Source of the DNA: Chrysomallon squamiferum
Taxonomy: Eukaryota; Animalia; Mollusca
Reading direction: 5' to 3'
Assembly (NCBI GenBank): GCA_012295275.1
Contig: CM022673.1
Location: 9,548,001 to 9,612,000, forward strand
DNA length: 64,000 bases
The number at the start of each line of letters is the position of its first letter. Position 1 is the stretch's first letter. Positions 62,433 through 64,000 of this stretch are shown here, in pieces. The notes beneath the pieces are model-generated. The model was given only the letters and a program-made list of their open reading frames with translations. It was not told the origin of the DNA and searched no databases. Position numbers and translations under genes: made by a program.

Positions 62433-62870
62433 GTAACTAAGTCCTTATTTATTACTTTTAATATTTTTTTTTTCTCTTTCTTACTGTTATTATTATTATT
62501 CTTTTTTTTTTTTTTTTTTTTTTTTTTTGTTTGTTTGTTTTGACTGCCTAAGCCTACCATTAAAGTTGGACAGAATGAATATTCAGCTTTGTAAACTACT
62601 GCACAATAAATATCATAACAAAGCCAAGTGACAGCCGATGTTTATATATAAAGAGCAGTAAATAAGATTTATGCAGACATAAGTTATTAGAGAAAGGCAG
62701 TATAGCACATTTAAAACCAACATGTAAAAAATAATAATCATAAATTATGCTGGTGTTATAGGCTTTACATTGTTGATATTTTTTTTTTTTTTTTTTTTTT
62801 ATTTTTTTTTTTAATGATCATGCTATTTATTTTTTTATTTAATTATTTATTTATTTTGATAATGATGATG

Positions 62871-62941
<71 letters not shown>

Positions 62942-63312
62942 TTAAATGTTAATGTCAATGTTTGTAAGTGTATGTGTGTGTGTGTATATATATATACATG
63001 TTACATTTTTTTTTTTTTTTTAGATTTTGGCATAAATCCAGAAAGGTATTTTTAAATACTTTTGTTGGTAATGTTTTAACTTTAAAAAAAAATTTTTTTG
63101 GCACAATCAGGTAAAGTTATCTGCATCTAGTAATCTATATTCTGTTCCTTTATTTATTTTTATTTATTTATTTATTTTTTTCAATTATGTAGTACACCTG
63201 TTATTGTTTAGTTCAAGGATGTATGGTTGTTGTTATTTATTTATTTTCTTCTTTTTAAAAAAATGTATTATTATTATTTTATTTATATATTTCTATTAGA
63301 TCTGGTGAATCA

Positions 63313-63356
<44 letters not shown>

Positions 63357-64000
63357 GCAATAATATTAATGATGATAATGGAAAAAATAAGAATGACAAT
63401 AAGTACATAAATATAGATAAATAACAGTCAGAGAGGATCATTAATTAAATAAATAGATAATAAAACTGATATATAAAAATATATATAAAAAAAAAAGAAT
63501 TCTCTTGATAAAAATTCAGCAGATTATACTTTTTCTTTTTTCTTTTTAAAACTTTTCTTTTAAAACATTTTTTCATCTTTACATGTGCATGTTTTTTGCT
63601 GTACTTTACAGTAGAAATTGTAATATGCCTTAGGGAAATTGCTTTTTGAAAAAAAAAAAAATACCTGCATGATTTCTTCAAAAGAGCAGGAGATTAAAAC
63701 CACTTTTTTTTTATATATATATAAACCCTGCATGTTCATTTTGATGTGTTATTTTTATTGTGGGTATCAAGTTGCCAGTGTTCTTAAAGGAAAAGTTAAA
63801 AATATTTTTGTGTATTTTTAAATATTTATTTAAAATTCTATTTGCATTAACACATTATATTATGTTGCATATATTATTAAATTTTTTAAATTCTGTATTG
63901 TATTATTACATTATGTAAATTAAAAAATTCATAAAACTACTAAACTTTCTGTCTACATAATACACAAACTCTCAGGTATACATTAAAATACAATGAACAT

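Noticed and set aside
36500-64000. Numerous 60-130 aa ORFs in the ORF track
   Set aside because: They are microsatellite- or poly-T-derived low-complexity translations in intronic or intergenic DNA with no recognisable domain.

Overview
AT-rich, microsatellite-dense animal genomic DNA with spliceosomal GT-AG genes. Degenerate SINE copies suggest a mollusc, probably a gastropod (recalled resemblance, not a search). Exons assembled by hand give, left to right: (1) an unidentified spliced minus-strand transcript (~6.1 kb leftward) with microexons and no clean ORF; (2) TAF11 (+), with an apparent 1-nt frameshift; (3) CFAP20 (+, 193 aa); (4) a Tc1/mariner-type MITE; (5) a PNT-less ESE/ELF-class ETS factor (-, 337 aa); (6) two tandem, unrecognised secreted acidic/basic proproteins (+) with furin-type sites and a shared CRE+octamer motif set, the second ending in one TSP1 domain; (7) a possible spliced antisense transcript between them; (8) the 5' part of a delta-catenin/PKP4-type gene (+) that runs off the window. 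The most interesting items are the secreted proprotein pair and the left-hand transcript, one spliced frame of which is interrupted only by TGA codons. Two single-base frameshifts in short C runs indicate probable assembly indels, so all frame arguments need caution. No database searches were run.
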